A stretch of 64,000 nt of DNA from an uncultured Gemmatimonadales bacterium. GTDB lineage: Bacteria > Gemmatimonadota > Gemmatimonadetes > Gemmatimonadales > Gemmatimonadaceae. Location of the stretch: the NCBI GenBank assembly GCA_963851265.1, contig CAWKNZ010000005.1:160001-224000 (forward strand), read 5' to 3'. Of this stretch, positions 1-10,425 are shown piece after piece (positions within the stretch are counted from its first letter, which is position 1; each line of letters starts with the position of its first letter). A program made the position numbers and the translations under genes. A model generated the notes under the pieces. That model had not been told where the DNA came from, searched no databases, and was given only the letters and a program-made list of their open reading frames with translations.

Positions 1-638
1 TCTCGCTCCGCGTCGCGTCCACGGCGACGCTGATCGCGGCGGCGTTCGGCGTGCCGCTCGCGTGGCTGCTCGCGCGCCGCCGCTTCCCCGGGCGTGGGGC
101 ACTCGAGCTGCTCGTCCTCCTCCCGATGGTGCTGCCCCCCACGGTGCTCGGCTACTACCTGCTGGTGGTCGTCGGTCGGCCGGCGCCGTTAGGCCGCCTC
201 GTGGAGGCGGTCTTCGGGCGGCCCGTGGTGTTCACGCCGGCCGCGGCGGTGCTCGCGACCACGGTGGCCGCGTCGCCCTTCCTCGTTCGCGCGGCGCAGG
301 CCGGGTTCGAGCAGGTGGACGCCGTGTTCGAGGACGCGGCGCGCACGCTCGGGCGGTCGGAGCTGTCGGTGTTCCTGACGGTGACCGTGCCGCTCGCCGC
401 GCGCGGGATACTCGCCGGCGCGGCGCTCTGCTTCGCGCGCGCGATGGGCGAGTTCGGCGCCACGCTGATGCTCGCCGGCAACATCCCCGGGCGCACGCAG
501 ACGGCGAGTCTCGCGGTGTACGACGCCTTCGAATCGGGCGACGCGTCGCGGGCGGCGTGGCTCGCCGGGCTGCTCTCCGTCACCGCGCTCTGCGCGCTCG
601 CGCTCCTCGCGTACGGCGGCCGCCGCGCGGCGTCGTGA
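1..638 (+). CDS. modB: Molybdate ABC transporter permease (probably 5'-truncated by the window edge)
   Basis: LPMVLPPTVLGYYLL and FARAMGEFGATLMLAGNIPGRTQT motifs, EAA-like loop; the frame appears open back to the window start. Confidence 0.92.
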   Translation, partial: SLRVASTATLIAAAFGVPLAWLLARRRFPGRGALELLVLLPMVLPPTVLGYYLLVVVGRPAPLGRLVEAVFGRPVVFTPAAAVLATTVAASPFLVRAAQAGFEQVDAVFEDAARTLGRSELSVFLTVTVPLAARGILAGAALCFARAMGEFGATLMLAGNIPGRTQTASLAVYDAFESGDASRAAWLAGLLSVTALCALALLAYGGRRAAS

Positions 639-1282
639 GCGGGCTAGAAGTGCGCGTCCGACGCCAGCTGCCCGGCTTCGCGCTCGACGTCGCGTTCGCG
701 GTGCCGGGCGGGGTGGCCGCGATCGTCGGACCGTCGGGGGCGGGGAAGACGCTCACGCTGCGCGCCGTGGCCGGACTGCTGCGTCCCGATGCCGGGCGTA
801 TCGCCTGCGGCGGACGCGCGCTCTACGACCGAGACGCCAGCGTGGACCTCCCCGCGCGCGCGCGGCGCGTGGGGTACGTGTTTCAGCAGTACGCCCTGTT
901 TCCGCATCTCACGGTGGGCGCGAACGTGGCGTACGGACTCGGCGGCCCGCGCGCGGCACGTGCCGCGCGCGCGGCCGAGTTGCTCGCGCTGGTGGGGCTG
1001 CCCGACATGGAGCGGCGGCGCCCGCGCGAGCTGTCGGGTGGCCAGCAGCAGCGTGTCGCGCTCGCCCGCGCGCTCGCACCCGACCCCACACTCCTGCTCC
1101 TCGACGAGCCCCTCTCCGCCGTCGACGCGCCGCTCCGCGCTCGCCTCGGCGACGAACTGCTCGCGCTCCACGCCCGCACCGGTGTACCCATGTTGTTCGT
1201 GACCCACGACCCCGCCGAGGCGCGGCGCGTCGCCGACGTCGTCGTCCGGCTCGAGGCCGGCCGCGTGGTGTGCGTCGCGTGA
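635..1282 (+). CDS. modC: Molybdate ABC transporter ATP-binding protein
   Basis: Walker A GPSGAGKT, LSGGQQQR signature, Walker B LLLLDEP; GTG at 635 overlaps the modB stop. Confidence 0.88.
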   Translation: MSGLEVRVRRQLPGFALDVAFAVPGGVAAIVGPSGAGKTLTLRAVAGLLRPDAGRIACGGRALYDRDASVDLPARARRVGYVFQQYALFPHLTVGANVAYGLGGPRAARAARAAELLALVGLPDMERRRPRELSGGQQQRVALARALAPDPTLLLLDEPLSAVDAPLRARLGDELLALHARTGVPMLFVTHDPAEARRVADVVVRLEAGRVVCVA

Positions 1283-2448
1283 GCGGGACGGTCGGGGTCG
1301 ACGCCGCGCGCCACGCGCGACAGATCGCGCTCCCGCACGTTGGGGCCGCGGGACAGGCGCGCCTGCGCCGTGCCCGCGTGCTGCTCGTCGGCGCGGGGGG
1401 GCTCGGCTCGCCCGCCGCACTCTACCTCGCCGCGGCCGGCGTGGGGCACCTCGGGATCGTCGACCCCGACCGGGTCGCGCTGCACAACCTGCAGCGGCAG
1501 CTCCTGCACGGCACGGCGGACGTGGGGCGCCTGAAGGTGGAGAGTGCGCGCGACCGGCTGCGCGCGCTCGACCCCGGGGTCGAGGTCGCGGCCCATGCGT
1601 TGCGCCTGACCGCGGCCAACGCACTCGACCTCGTGCGCGGGTACGACGTCGTGGTCGACGGCTCGGACAACCTGCGCACCCGCTACCTCACGAGCGACGC
1701 GTGCGTGCGGCTCGGGGTGCCTAACGTGTACGGCGCCGTGTTCCGGTTCGAGGGGCAGGCCACCGTGCTGGCCGCGTCCGGCGGCACCGACGGGCCGGGG
1801 CCGTGTTACCGGTGCCTCTTCCCCGTCCCACCGCCGCCCGGCACCACGCCTTCGTGCGAGGCGAGCGGGGTGCTCGGCGTGCTTCCGGGGCTCGTCGGGA
1901 CGATCCAGGCGGCCGAAACGCTGAAGCTGCTGCTCGGCGTCGGGGAGCCGCTCGTTGGGCGGCTGCTCATGGTCGACGGGCTGCGCATGGACTTCCGCAC
2001 GATGCGCGTGCGGCGCGACCCGGCGTGCCCGGCGTGCGGGGCGGGCGCGCGCCGCGATGGCCCGCTCGCCGACGAGTCGGTCGAGGACCCGTGCGGCGAC
2101 CCGCAGGGCGAGACGGCGGACGCCGACGAGGTGACGCCCCGGGAGCTCGCGGCGCGGCTGGCGGCCGGCGAGGACATCCAACTCGTCGACGTGCGCGAAC
2201 CGTGGGAGTACGCGCTCGCGCGGCTGCCGGGGGCACGGCTCACTCCGTTACGCACGCTCGGTGCGGCGGCGGCCGACCCGGCGGCGTTCGACCGCGGGCG
2301 CGCGGCCGTGGTCTACTGTCACCACGGCGCGCGCGGGCGCCGCGCGCTCGACGCGCTCCGGGCCGCGGGCGTGGGGCGCGTCGCCAACCTCGCCGGCGGC
2401 ATCGACCGGTGGAGTGCGGAGGTCGACCCGGCGCTGCCGCGCTACTGA
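1279..2448 (+). CDS. moeB: Molybdopterin-synthase adenylyltransferase with C-terminal rhodanese domain (MoeB/MoeZ type)
   Basis: GAGGLGS, NLQRQ, CYRC...CPAC Zn motifs, rhodanese VYCHHGARG and NLAGGIDRW. Confidence 0.9.
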   Translation: MSGTVGVDAARHARQIALPHVGAAGQARLRRARVLLVGAGGLGSPAALYLAAAGVGHLGIVDPDRVALHNLQRQLLHGTADVGRLKVESARDRLRALDPGVEVAAHALRLTAANALDLVRGYDVVVDGSDNLRTRYLTSDACVRLGVPNVYGAVFRFEGQATVLAASGGTDGPGPCYRCLFPVPPPPGTTPSCEASGVLGVLPGLVGTIQAAETLKLLLGVGEPLVGRLLMVDGLRMDFRTMRVRRDPACPACGAGARRDGPLADESVEDPCGDPQGETADADEVTPRELAARLAAGEDIQLVDVREPWEYALARLPGARLTPLRTLGAAAADPAAFDRGRAAVVYCHHGARGRRALDALRAAGVGRVANLAGGIDRWSAEVDPALPRY

Positions 2449-2538
2449 GCCCGCAGACGACGGCCTCGACCTGGGGCGCCGCCGACGCGGCCCGACCCGC
2501 GCGCCGCCCGCGACGGGCGGGCGACGGGCAGGCGGAGG

Positions 2539-3063
2539 TCAGCCGCCGTCCGCCGCGCCCTCCCGGCGCCAGTGCCCGCTCCGCCCGCCCGACTTCTCGA
2601 GCAGGCGCACATCGGTGATCGTCATCGCGCGGTCGGCCGCCTTGACCATGTCGTACACGGTGACGAGCGCGACCGTCGCGGCGACGATCGCCTCCATCTC
2701 GACGCCGGTGCCGGCGACCGTGCGGGCCGTCGTCTCGACGCGGACGCCCGGAAGCGCGTCGTCGAGCGCGAGGTCCACCTGCAGGTCGCTGAGTGGTACG
2801 GGGTGGCAGAGTGGGACGAGGTCCGCGGTGCGCTTGGCCGCCATCACCCCCGCCACGCGCGCCACGCCGAGCACGTCGCCCTTCGCGATCGCGTTGTCGC
2901 GGACGAGGGCGAACGCCGCGTGGCTCATCACGATCGCGCCCGCGGCGCGCGCGACGCGCGTGGTCGCCGGCTTGGCCGACACGTCGACCATCCGCGCCGC
3001 GCCGTCCTCGCCGACGTGCGAGAGGGTGGGCGCCGTCGCGTCTGGCCCGTCGCCCGCGCTCAC
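2539..3063 (-). CDS. moaC: Cyclic pyranopterin monophosphate synthase
   Basis: LSHV...MVDVSAK, KGDVL, LVPLCHP, TGVEMEA, YDMVKA, KSGG; GTG start chosen at 3063. Confidence 0.93.
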   Translation of the reverse strand: MSAGDGPDATAPTLSHVGEDGAARMVDVSAKPATTRVARAAGAIVMSHAAFALVRDNAIAKGDVLGVARVAGVMAAKRTADLVPLCHPVPLSDLQVDLALDDALPGVRVETTARTVAGTGVEMEAIVAATVALVTVYDMVKAADRAMTITDVRLLEKSGGRSGHWRREGAADGG

Positions 3064-3510
3064 GTGCCGCCGCGGCACGCGTGGCGCTGGTCCGACCGGC
3101 GGTCGCCGGTGCGGGCGGGGGGCGGGACGACGCCGGCGAGACGTGTGGTGTTCGTGTAGCCGAGTTTCATGGGCGAGCCGTGGCGGAGTCGACGAGCGTC
3201 TACGGGAGCGTCGCGCTCTCGACGTCCCGACCAACACTCGTTGTACTCGCGCCCCGCGCGCAAGTCGGCGGGGGCGGGTGGGCGCACTGGCGGCCACGAC
3301 CCCGGTGACGTACGCTGGCACCGGGTCGGTGCCGCACGTGCCCGGAATCCACCCGCGCCGCCTCACGCTCGCTCCCATGCGCCTCCATCCTGCCTCCGTG
3401 CGCCCGGTCGCGCTCGCCACCGCCGCGCGCGACCGCGTGCGCCTGCGATTCGTCGCCCCGCGCGACACGACGCGGGTGCACCGCGCGGCCTTCGCTCACG
3501 TCTGACGCGG

Positions 3511-3978
3511 ATGCGCGTGCTCGTGCAGCGGGTGTCGCGCGCGGCCGTGCGCGTGCGCGACACGAGCGGAGCGGCGCGAACCACGGGCGAGATCGGCCCC
3601 GGGCTCGTGCTTCTCGTCGGCGTCACGCACGCGGACGGCGAGGCCGAGGTGGAGTGGGTGGCCGACAAGGTGCTCGGCCTGCGCGTGTTCCCGGACGACG
3701 AGGGCAAGATGAACCGCGCGCTCGGCGACGTCGCCGGCGGTGCGCTGCTCGTCGTCTCGCAGTTCACGCTCTACGGCGACGCGGCGCGTGGGCGGCGGCC
3801 GAGCTACGTCGCGGCCGCGCGGCCCGAGGTGGCCGAGCCGCTGTACGACGCATTCGTCGCGCATCTGCGCGCGCGCGGTGCCACGGTACACACGGGAGAA
3901 TTCGGGGCGATGATGGACGTGGAGTTGGTGAACGACGGGCCGGTCACCCTCTGGCTCGAGCGCGAGGCGCAGGCGTGA
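3511..3978 (+). CDS. dtd: D-aminoacyl-tRNA deacylase
   Basis: MRVLVQRV start, SQFTL, GRRPSY, NDGPVT. Confidence 0.95.
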   Translation: MRVLVQRVSRAAVRVRDTSGAARTTGEIGPGLVLLVGVTHADGEAEVEWVADKVLGLRVFPDDEGKMNRALGDVAGGALLVVSQFTLYGDAARGRRPSYVAAARPEVAEPLYDAFVAHLRARGATVHTGEFGAMMDVELVNDGPVTLWLEREAQA

Positions 3979-4643
3979 GCGGCCGACATGAGAGGGCAGT
4001 GCGCGAGGGCGTGGCCGGGGGCGTCCCGGAAGCCGTCCCCGTGGTGCTCGCGTCGCAGTCTCCGCGTCGGCGCGACCTCTTGACGCTGGTCGGCATCGCG
4101 CACGTCGTGCGCCCGGCCGACGTCGACGAGTCGGTGCGCCCGGGCGAGGCGCCCGACGCGTACGTGGAGCGCCTCGCGCGTGAGAAGGCGCAGGCCGTGG
4201 CGGCGGTGGTCGGTCCGGAGTCGGTCGTGGTCGCCGCCGACACGACGGTGGTGGTCGACGGCCAGATCCTCGGCAAGCCCGGGGACGCGGCCGAGGCGCG
4301 GGCGATGGTCGCGCGGCTGGCGGGTCGCACGCACGAGGTGTTCACCGGGATGGCGGTGCGCCGCGGCTCGCCGGCCCGGGAGGCCGCCGGAGTCGAGCGC
4401 GTGCGCGTCACCTTCCGCGCGTTAGGCGATGGCGAGGTCGCCGCGTACGTGGCGACCGGCGAGCCGATGGACAAGGCCGGCGCGTACGGCATCCAGGGGT
4501 ACGGCGCGACGATCGTCGAGCGAATCGAGGGCGACTACTTCGCGGTGATGGGGCTGTCGCTCGTGCGCCTCGTCGCGCTGCTCGCCGAGGTGGGGGTCGC
4601 GTACGCGTTCGGCGGCGCGCTGCGCCCGTCAGACGCCGGCTGA
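3975..4643 (+). CDS. maf: Maf family nucleoside triphosphate pyrophosphatase
   Basis: [33 protein letters not shown]. Confidence 0.93.
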   Translation: MSGRHERAVREGVAGGVPEAVPVVLASQSPRRRDLLTLVGIAHVVRPADVDESVRPGEAPDAYVERLAREKAQAVAAVVGPESVVVAADTTVVVDGQILGKPGDAAEARAMVARLAGRTHEVFTGMAVRRGSPAREAAGVERVRVTFRALGDGEVAAYVATGEPMDKAGAYGIQGYGATIVERIEGDYFAVMGLSLVRLVALLAEVGVAYAFGGALRPSDAG

Positions 4644-4865
4644 GGGGCGGGGCCCGCATCGTGCAGCGGCGGCGCGCACCGCGTTCCCCATCAAGTGCTC
4701 CGCCATGAGCGACCCGCTCCGCCTCCCGCACGCCGCCAAGCACGCGGCGAAGACCGCGGCCAAGCGCGTCGCGGGCGGGCGCGAGCCGCGCCGCCTCGCG
4801 GAACCGGAGGGCCGGCGCGGGCTGTCCGCGGGGCCGGGCGGGCCCCGCGCGCTGCCGCCGGGGCG

Positions 4866-5963
4866 TTAGGCGTCGCCGGCGGGCGCCCTACGCCCCGCGT
4901 AGCGCGCCCGCCAGCGCTCCACGCGCGTCAGCACGTCCGCGACGGTGATCCGCCCCATCCGCCCCGGCCGGTTCTCCATCGTCGGCGCGTAGTCCTCGCC
5001 GGGGTCGCCGTACGCGTCGACCATGAGGTCGTGGAAGCGCCGGTACGGCCCCACCCGTTTGGGGTTGGAGTAGGCGATGAGCGACACCACCGGCCGGTCG
5101 AGGGCGACCGACACGTGCAACGGCCCGGTGTCGGGCGAGAGCACGAGCGCGGACCCGTCGAAGATCCCGACGAGCCCGCGCAGTCCGCTGCCTAACGCGG
5201 AGACGACGGGGGCGCGCGCCGCGCCGAGGATCACCCGCTCGGCGGCGAGTTCGCGCGGCGTGCGGCCGCCGACGAGCACCGGCTGCAGCCCGTAGTCGTG
5301 CCAGAGCGCGTCGCACACCGCGGCCCAGCGGTCGGGCGGCCAGTCCTTCTCCGGCTTGCTCGTCGCGACGACCACGGCTGCGACCGGACGCTCGACGCGC
5401 GCGAAGAACTCGGCCTGCGCGGCGCGCTCGTCGGCGCGCGGACCGAGGTCCCACACCGGCGGCTCGGCGTGAGGCACGCCGAGCGCGTCGAGGAACTCGA
5501 AGTACTGGTCCTGCACGTGCTGGACGGGGTGCGCCGGGACGCGTGCGTTGGTGAACGCCCAGTTGAAGTCGCGCGCCCGCGCGCGGTCGAAGCCGAGCCG
5601 CACGCGCGCCGGCGTGAGCGCGGTGATCACGCCCGCCTTGAGGTACACCTGCAGGTCGAGGCAGCAGTCGAACGGGCCGCGCGCCGCGAGTGCGCGACGC
5701 ACGCTGCGGTAGGCGCCGAGCCCGGCCCCGCGCTCGAACAGGACGATGTCGTCCACCGCCGGGTGCCCCCGCACGAGCGACGCGGGCCCGGGCTGCAGCA
5801 CCCACGTCACGCGCGGCGGCTCCGGCAGCCGTCGGAGCGCCGTGAGCAGCGGAAGCACGTGCACCGCGTCGCCCACGGCGCTCATCATCACCACGCACAC
5901 CGAGCGGAGCGGCACGCCCGCGTACGGCGCGCGCGGGTCGCGCGCGGACGGCTCCCTCCTCAC
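4866..5963 (-). CDS. Glycosyltransferase family 9 (LPS heptosyltransferase-like)
   Basis: SAVGDAVH, KDWP, DTGPLH motifs. Confidence 0.88.
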   Translation of the reverse strand: MRREPSARDPRAPYAGVPLRSVCVVMMSAVGDAVHVLPLLTALRRLPEPPRVTWVLQPGPASLVRGHPAVDDIVLFERGAGLGAYRSVRRALAARGPFDCCLDLQVYLKAGVITALTPARVRLGFDRARARDFNWAFTNARVPAHPVQHVQDQYFEFLDALGVPHAEPPVWDLGPRADERAAQAEFFARVERPVAAVVVATSKPEKDWPPDRWAAVCDALWHDYGLQPVLVGGRTPRELAAERVILGAARAPVVSALGSGLRGLVGIFDGSALVLSPDTGPLHVSVALDRPVVSLIAYSNPKRVGPYRRFHDLMVDAYGDPGEDYAPTMENRPGRMGRITVADVLTRVERWRARYAGRRAPAGDA

Positions 5964-5964
5964 G

Positions 5965-6885
5965 TCACGCGCGCACCGGGGCGACGCCAGGGAGCCGCGC
6001 CGCGCCGAGGTCGGCGCGGGCGATCTCCGCGCGCGCGCGCTCGCCGAGGGCGTCGAGCGCGGCCTCGACGCGCGCGCGGGCGACCGCGCCCGGCACGTCG
6101 CCCCGGGTGTTGGCGGCAGCCCACTTCCGCGCCGACCGCGCGAGGCGCGCGAGGTTGGCCGCGAGCGTCGCGGCCGCGGCTGCGGGAGCCACGTCCGCCG
6201 CGAGCACGCGCGCCACGTCGACGTCGAGCACCCATGCGCGCGCGGCGTCGTCCACGTGCGACTCGTCCGCGGGGGCGAGGAGCACGTTCTTCACGTTCAG
6301 GTCCGGGTGCCGCGCGCCTGCCCGCGCCAGCGCGGCGAGCAGCGCCGCCGTCGGCCCGACCCACGCCGCGTGCGCGCCGGCGCCGGCCGCGTCGGGCGTG
6401 GCGTCCGCCTCGGCGCGCGCGAGCACCGCCGCGAGGTCGACGCCGTCGGGCACGAGGGCGGTCGCGACGTCGACGCGCCGCAGCCCCGCCCGAGCCGGGT
6501 AGACCGCGTACGCGACCACCGCCGGCGTCAGGACGCCCGCGGCGCGCAGCCGCTCGCTCGTCGCAAGCTCGACCGGTGCGCGAGTCGGGGGAAAGAAGAG
6601 GTCGCGTCGCACGCGCCGCAGCGCGCCTCCGCGCCAGCCGTGGCGCACGACGACGCGCCGCTCGCCGCCGAGCGCGTCCGCGCCGAACGGCACCGCGTAC
6701 GCGGCGCCGCGCCCGCGCAGCTCGCGGCGGTCGGGGTGCGACGCCGCGTACGCGTAGAGCGTCCCACATCGCGCGAGTAGCGCGCGCACGACGTCGGCCA
6801 CGTCGCCCCGGCACACGACCGTCGTGGTCCCCGCCGGCGCCGGATCGAGCGCGAGGTACCCCGCCGGGACGACCGTGGCGGTCAC
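5965..6885 (-). CDS. Kdo kinase / LPS kinase family protein
   Basis: VVRHGWRGG, HPDLNVKNVLL catalytic loop, VLDVD, NLARLARS; adjacent to the GT9 gene. Confidence 0.75.
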   Translation of the reverse strand: MTATVVPAGYLALDPAPAGTTTVVCRGDVADVVRALLARCGTLYAYAASHPDRRELRGRGAAYAVPFGADALGGERRVVVRHGWRGGALRRVRRDLFFPPTRAPVELATSERLRAAGVLTPAVVAYAVYPARAGLRRVDVATALVPDGVDLAAVLARAEADATPDAAGAGAHAAWVGPTAALLAALARAGARHPDLNVKNVLLAPADESHVDDAARAWVLDVDVARVLAADVAPAAAAATLAANLARLARSARKWAAANTRGDVPGAVARARVEAALDALGERARAEIARADLGAARLPGVAPVRA

Positions 6886-6940
6886 GCGCGGATCACGCGC
6901 TGGTCGCGCGCATCACGCCCGCGCGAGGTCGCACGCGAGA

Positions 6941-8722
6941 TCACGCGCCAGCCGCGCCCGTGGCGTGCTCGCCGGTGACGCCGAGCGCGGCGCGCTCGAC
7001 GTCTGCCGCGGTGGCGCGCGCGGCGAGCGCGTCGAGGTCCAGGCGATAGGCGGGTGCGGCGTTGCCGTCGCCCTGGTCGGCCCCGTCCAGTACCGAGCAC
7101 AGGGGCACCGGCTCGCCAGCGAGATTGCCGCGGAGCGCGCGGCGGAGGGCGTCGCTGAGGAGGATCTCGTCCGGGCCCGCCGTGTCGCACAGTCGACTGG
7201 CCTGGTTTACCGCGGCGCCGATGACGGTGAACTCGAGGCGGCGCTCCGAGCCGATGTTCCCGGCGAACACCTCGCCGTAGGCGAGGCCGATTCCCATGCG
7301 AAGCGGCGGGCGCCCGCGCAGGATGACCCGGTCGCGGTTGAGCGCGCCGAGCGCCTCGTGCATCGCGACGGCGGCGCGCAGCGCGCGGTCGGCGTCGTCG
7401 GGGCTGGATTCCGGGGCGCCCCACTGCGCCATCACGCAGTCGCCGATGAACTTGTCGAGCGTGCCGCCGTGCCGGAACACGCATTCGACCATCGCCGAGA
7501 GGAACTCCGAAAGCGTGGCCGCCACGTCGTCGGGCGTCATCGTCGCGGCGAGGCGCGTGAAGCCGCGGAGGTCGGCGAACAGCACGGCCACGGTTCGCCG
7601 CTCGCCGCCGGGGAGCGCGGGGGCGTCGCTCGCCGCGATCCGCGCGGCCACGGGGGGCGCGAAGTAGCGGGCGAAGTTCTCGCGCGACACGGCCTCGCGC
7701 CGCACGCGCTCGGCGAGGCGCGCGTTCTCGAGCGCGGCCGCGGCCACCCCAGCGAACGCGGTGAGGAAGTCGAGGTCCGCCTCCGCGAACGCGCGCACCG
7801 GGTCGGCGCTGTCGACGTAGAGGGCGCCTAACGGCACGCCGTCCGCGGCGAGCAGCGGCGCGCACATCGCCGACCGCACCCGCTGCCGCAGCACGCTCTG
7901 GCCGCCGAAGCGCGGGTCGGCCGCCGCGTCCACCGAGAGCAGCGCGGCGCGTCTGCCGAGCGCGGCGCGCGCGATCGAGCGGGGCAGGGGGACCGCGCCC
8001 GAGGCCGTGAGGTCCGCGCCCCACCGGTCGCGCGCGACGGCGGGCACGAGGGCGACGTCCGCGGCGCCGTAGTCCGGGTCCGGACCGCGCGGCCCGGTCG
8101 CGTTCGGCTCGTCGGCGTAGCTCACGGCGCGGAACACCGCGGCGCGGTCGGCGTCGAGCGTGCGGAGCGCGGCCGTCACGACGCGCTCGTGCACCGCCGC
8201 GGGGTCGATCGCACCGCCGAGCGCCTTCGCGGCCTCCAGCAGGAGCGCGAGCCGGCGGGCCGTGAGCTCGTGGGGCGCTTCGGCCCCGCGTTCCGCGACG
8301 ATCGGCGGCTCCACGCCCGCCTCGGGCGCCGCCGCCGACGGGAGCGGCGCGGCCACCGTCCCGGCCGCTCCCGCGCCGCCCACCCCCGCGGCGCCCACCC
8401 CGGCGCCGCCCGTGCCGCCGTAGACCGCGAACTCCGACGTCTCACGCTCCACGCGGAGCGCGACCACGCCGAACGTCACCGTGTCGCCCGCGCGCAGCCG
8501 CGCCGTCTGCACGCGGATGCCGTTGCGGTACGTCCCGTTGCGCGAGCCGAGGTCGTGCACGACGAGGTGGTCGCGCGCGCCGATCAACTCCGCGTGGCGG
8601 CGCGACACCGTGGGGTCGTCGAGCGGCAACGCGCACTCCGCCGCGCGCCCGACGACGAGCGCGCCGCCTTCGGCGAGCGCGGTGATCCGCACGCCCGCGG
8701 TGTCGGCGAGGAAGAACGGCAT
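6941..8722 (-). CDS. Class III adenylate cyclase with N-terminal FHA and GAF domains
   Basis: FHA (VGR...VSRRHA...DLGSRNGT), GAF (SAMCAPL...GALYVD), cyclase (FADLRGFT, DKFIGD, FTVIG..VNQASRL). Confidence 0.88.
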   Translation of the reverse strand: MPFFLADTAGVRITALAEGGALVVGRAAECALPLDDPTVSRRHAELIGARDHLVVHDLGSRNGTYRNGIRVQTARLRAGDTVTFGVVALRVERETSEFAVYGGTGGAGVGAAGVGGAGAAGTVAAPLPSAAAPEAGVEPPIVAERGAEAPHELTARRLALLLEAAKALGGAIDPAAVHERVVTAALRTLDADRAAVFRAVSYADEPNATGPRGPDPDYGAADVALVPAVARDRWGADLTASGAVPLPRSIARAALGRRAALLSVDAAADPRFGGQSVLRQRVRSAMCAPLLAADGVPLGALYVDSADPVRAFAEADLDFLTAFAGVAAAALENARLAERVRREAVSRENFARYFAPPVAARIAASDAPALPGGERRTVAVLFADLRGFTRLAATMTPDDVAATLSEFLSAMVECVFRHGGTLDKFIGDCVMAQWGAPESSPDDADRALRAAVAMHEALGALNRDRVILRGRPPLRMGIGLAYGEVFAGNIGSERRLEFTVIGAAVNQASRLCDTAGPDEILLSDALRRALRGNLAGEPVPLCSVLDGADQGDGNAAPAYRLDLDALAARATAADVERAALGVTGEHATGAAGA

Positions 8723-8731
8723 CGTGAGAAG

Positions 8732-10276
8732 TTACCCCGGACCGCCGGCCGGGGGGACGACCGCGCGGCGCACCCGCCCGATCGCCGTCAACATCGCGCG
8801 CGCCTTGTTCTCGGTCTCGTCCCACTCCCGCGCGGGGTCGGAGTCGTAGACGATCCCCGCACCGGTCTGCACGCTCGCCTCGCCCCCCGCGATCACGCAG
8901 GTGCGGATGGTGATCGCGAGGTCCATCCGCCGGTCGCCCGCGGCCACGTACCCCACGGCGCCCGCGTACGGCCCGCGCCGTTCCGGCTCCAGCTCGTCGA
9001 TGATCTGCATCGCGCGCACCTTCGGCGCCCCGGTCATCGTCCCCGCCGGGAACGTCGCGCGGAACACCCCGAGCGCCGACGCGTCGTCCGGCAGCCGCCC
9101 CTCGATCTGCGACACGATGTGCAGCACGTGCGAATACTTCTCGACCTGCATCAAACTCGTCACCGCCACGCTCCCGTACTCCGACACGCGCCCCACGTCG
9201 TTGCGCCCGAGGTCGACCAGCATCACGTGCTCCGCGCGCTCCTTCTCGTCGGCGAGCAGGTCGGCCGTGAGGTGCGCGTCCTCCTCGGGCGTGCGCCCGC
9301 GCGGCCGCGTGCCGGCGATCGGCCGCACCGTCACGCGCGGCCCGTCGGCGGCGGGCCCCACGCGCACGAGCAGCTCGGGCGAGCACCCGACGAGTTCCAC
9401 CCCGTCGAGCGTGAGGTGCAGCATGTACGGCGACGGGTTGAGCACGCGCAGAGCGCGGTAGAGGGCCGCGCCGTCGAAGTCGTGCGGCACGCGGATGCGC
9501 CGCGCGAGCAGCGCCTGAAAGCAGTCGCCCGCGCGCACGTATTCCTTGATGCGGTCGACGTTGGCCTCGAACCGCTCGCGCGTGATCGTCGACGTCCCGG
9601 CCGCGGGCGGCGCGTCGGGATCGAAGTCGAGCGGCGGCAGCGCGGCCGGCGCGCGCAGCCGCGCGACGGCCGCGTCCAGCCGGCCCACCGCGTCGGCGTG
9701 CAGCGCGCGCAGCGCCTCGTCGTCGGCCGCGTCCCGGGCCGCGACCGGCACGCCCGTCACCACCCGCGCCTGCGCGCGCAGGTTATCGATGACCACGAGC
9801 ACGTCGGTGAAGATCCAGAGCGCGTCGGGCGCCCGCACGCCGCGCGGGGGCGCGTGGGGCAGCCGCTCGATGTGGCGCACGACGTCGTACGCGAAATAGC
9901 CCACCCCGCCGCTCCAGAACGGCCCGAGTTCGGGCAGGTCCACCGGACGGAATGCCGTCAGCCGCGCCTGCAGGTCTGCGAGCGGGTCGTCCGGCGTGTG
10001 CCCGTCGGTCCACCCGCCGTCCGGCGTCCACGTCTCGACGACGCCGTCGCTGAGCCGCCACGCGCCCCGCGGCTCGGAGCCCATGTACGTGTACCGCGCC
10101 CACGTCTCGCCCCCGGCCGGCGCGCTCTCGAGCAGGAAGGCGAACGGGCCGCGGCGCAGCTTGGCGAAGGCGCTCACGGGCGTGTCGCCGTCGAGCAGGA
10201 TGTCGCGCCACACCGGGACGAGCGCGTCGGGGGCGGCGAGGGAGCGAAAGTTCTCGAAGGACACGGGCGCGTGCAC
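8732..10276 (-). CDS. trpE: Anthranilate synthase component I
   Basis: FLLES, NPSPYM, PIAGTRPRG, EHVMLVDLGRND, GAPKVRAM, EWDETENK. Confidence 0.88.
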   Translation of the reverse strand: MHAPVSFENFRSLAAPDALVPVWRDILLDGDTPVSAFAKLRRGPFAFLLESAPAGGETWARYTYMGSEPRGAWRLSDGVVETWTPDGGWTDGHTPDDPLADLQARLTAFRPVDLPELGPFWSGGVGYFAYDVVRHIERLPHAPPRGVRAPDALWIFTDVLVVIDNLRAQARVVTGVPVAARDAADDEALRALHADAVGRLDAAVARLRAPAALPPLDFDPDAPPAAGTSTITRERFEANVDRIKEYVRAGDCFQALLARRIRVPHDFDGAALYRALRVLNPSPYMLHLTLDGVELVGCSPELLVRVGPAADGPRVTVRPIAGTRPRGRTPEEDAHLTADLLADEKERAEHVMLVDLGRNDVGRVSEYGSVAVTSLMQVEKYSHVLHIVSQIEGRLPDDASALGVFRATFPAGTMTGAPKVRAMQIIDELEPERRGPYAGAVGYVAAGDRRMDLAITIRTCVIAGGEASVQTGAGIVYDSDPAREWDETENKARAMLTAIGRVRRAVVPPAGGPG

Positions 10277-10425
10277 GGACGTGACCGGCCGGGATGAGAG
10301 GGGACCGGGATCAAACCGGAGATGAAGCGGCCGGAATGCGATTGCCGCGGATACTACCTCAGCGGCGCGGCGCCTGCGGCGCGGCGCCTGCGGCGCTCGC
10401 CCGGGGACCCCCGCTAAACTGCGGG

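Noticed and set aside
3064..3300. Moco riboswitch or 6S RNA upstream of moaC
   Set aside because: Consensus elements were not recognisable; kept only as a weak structured-RNA candidate.
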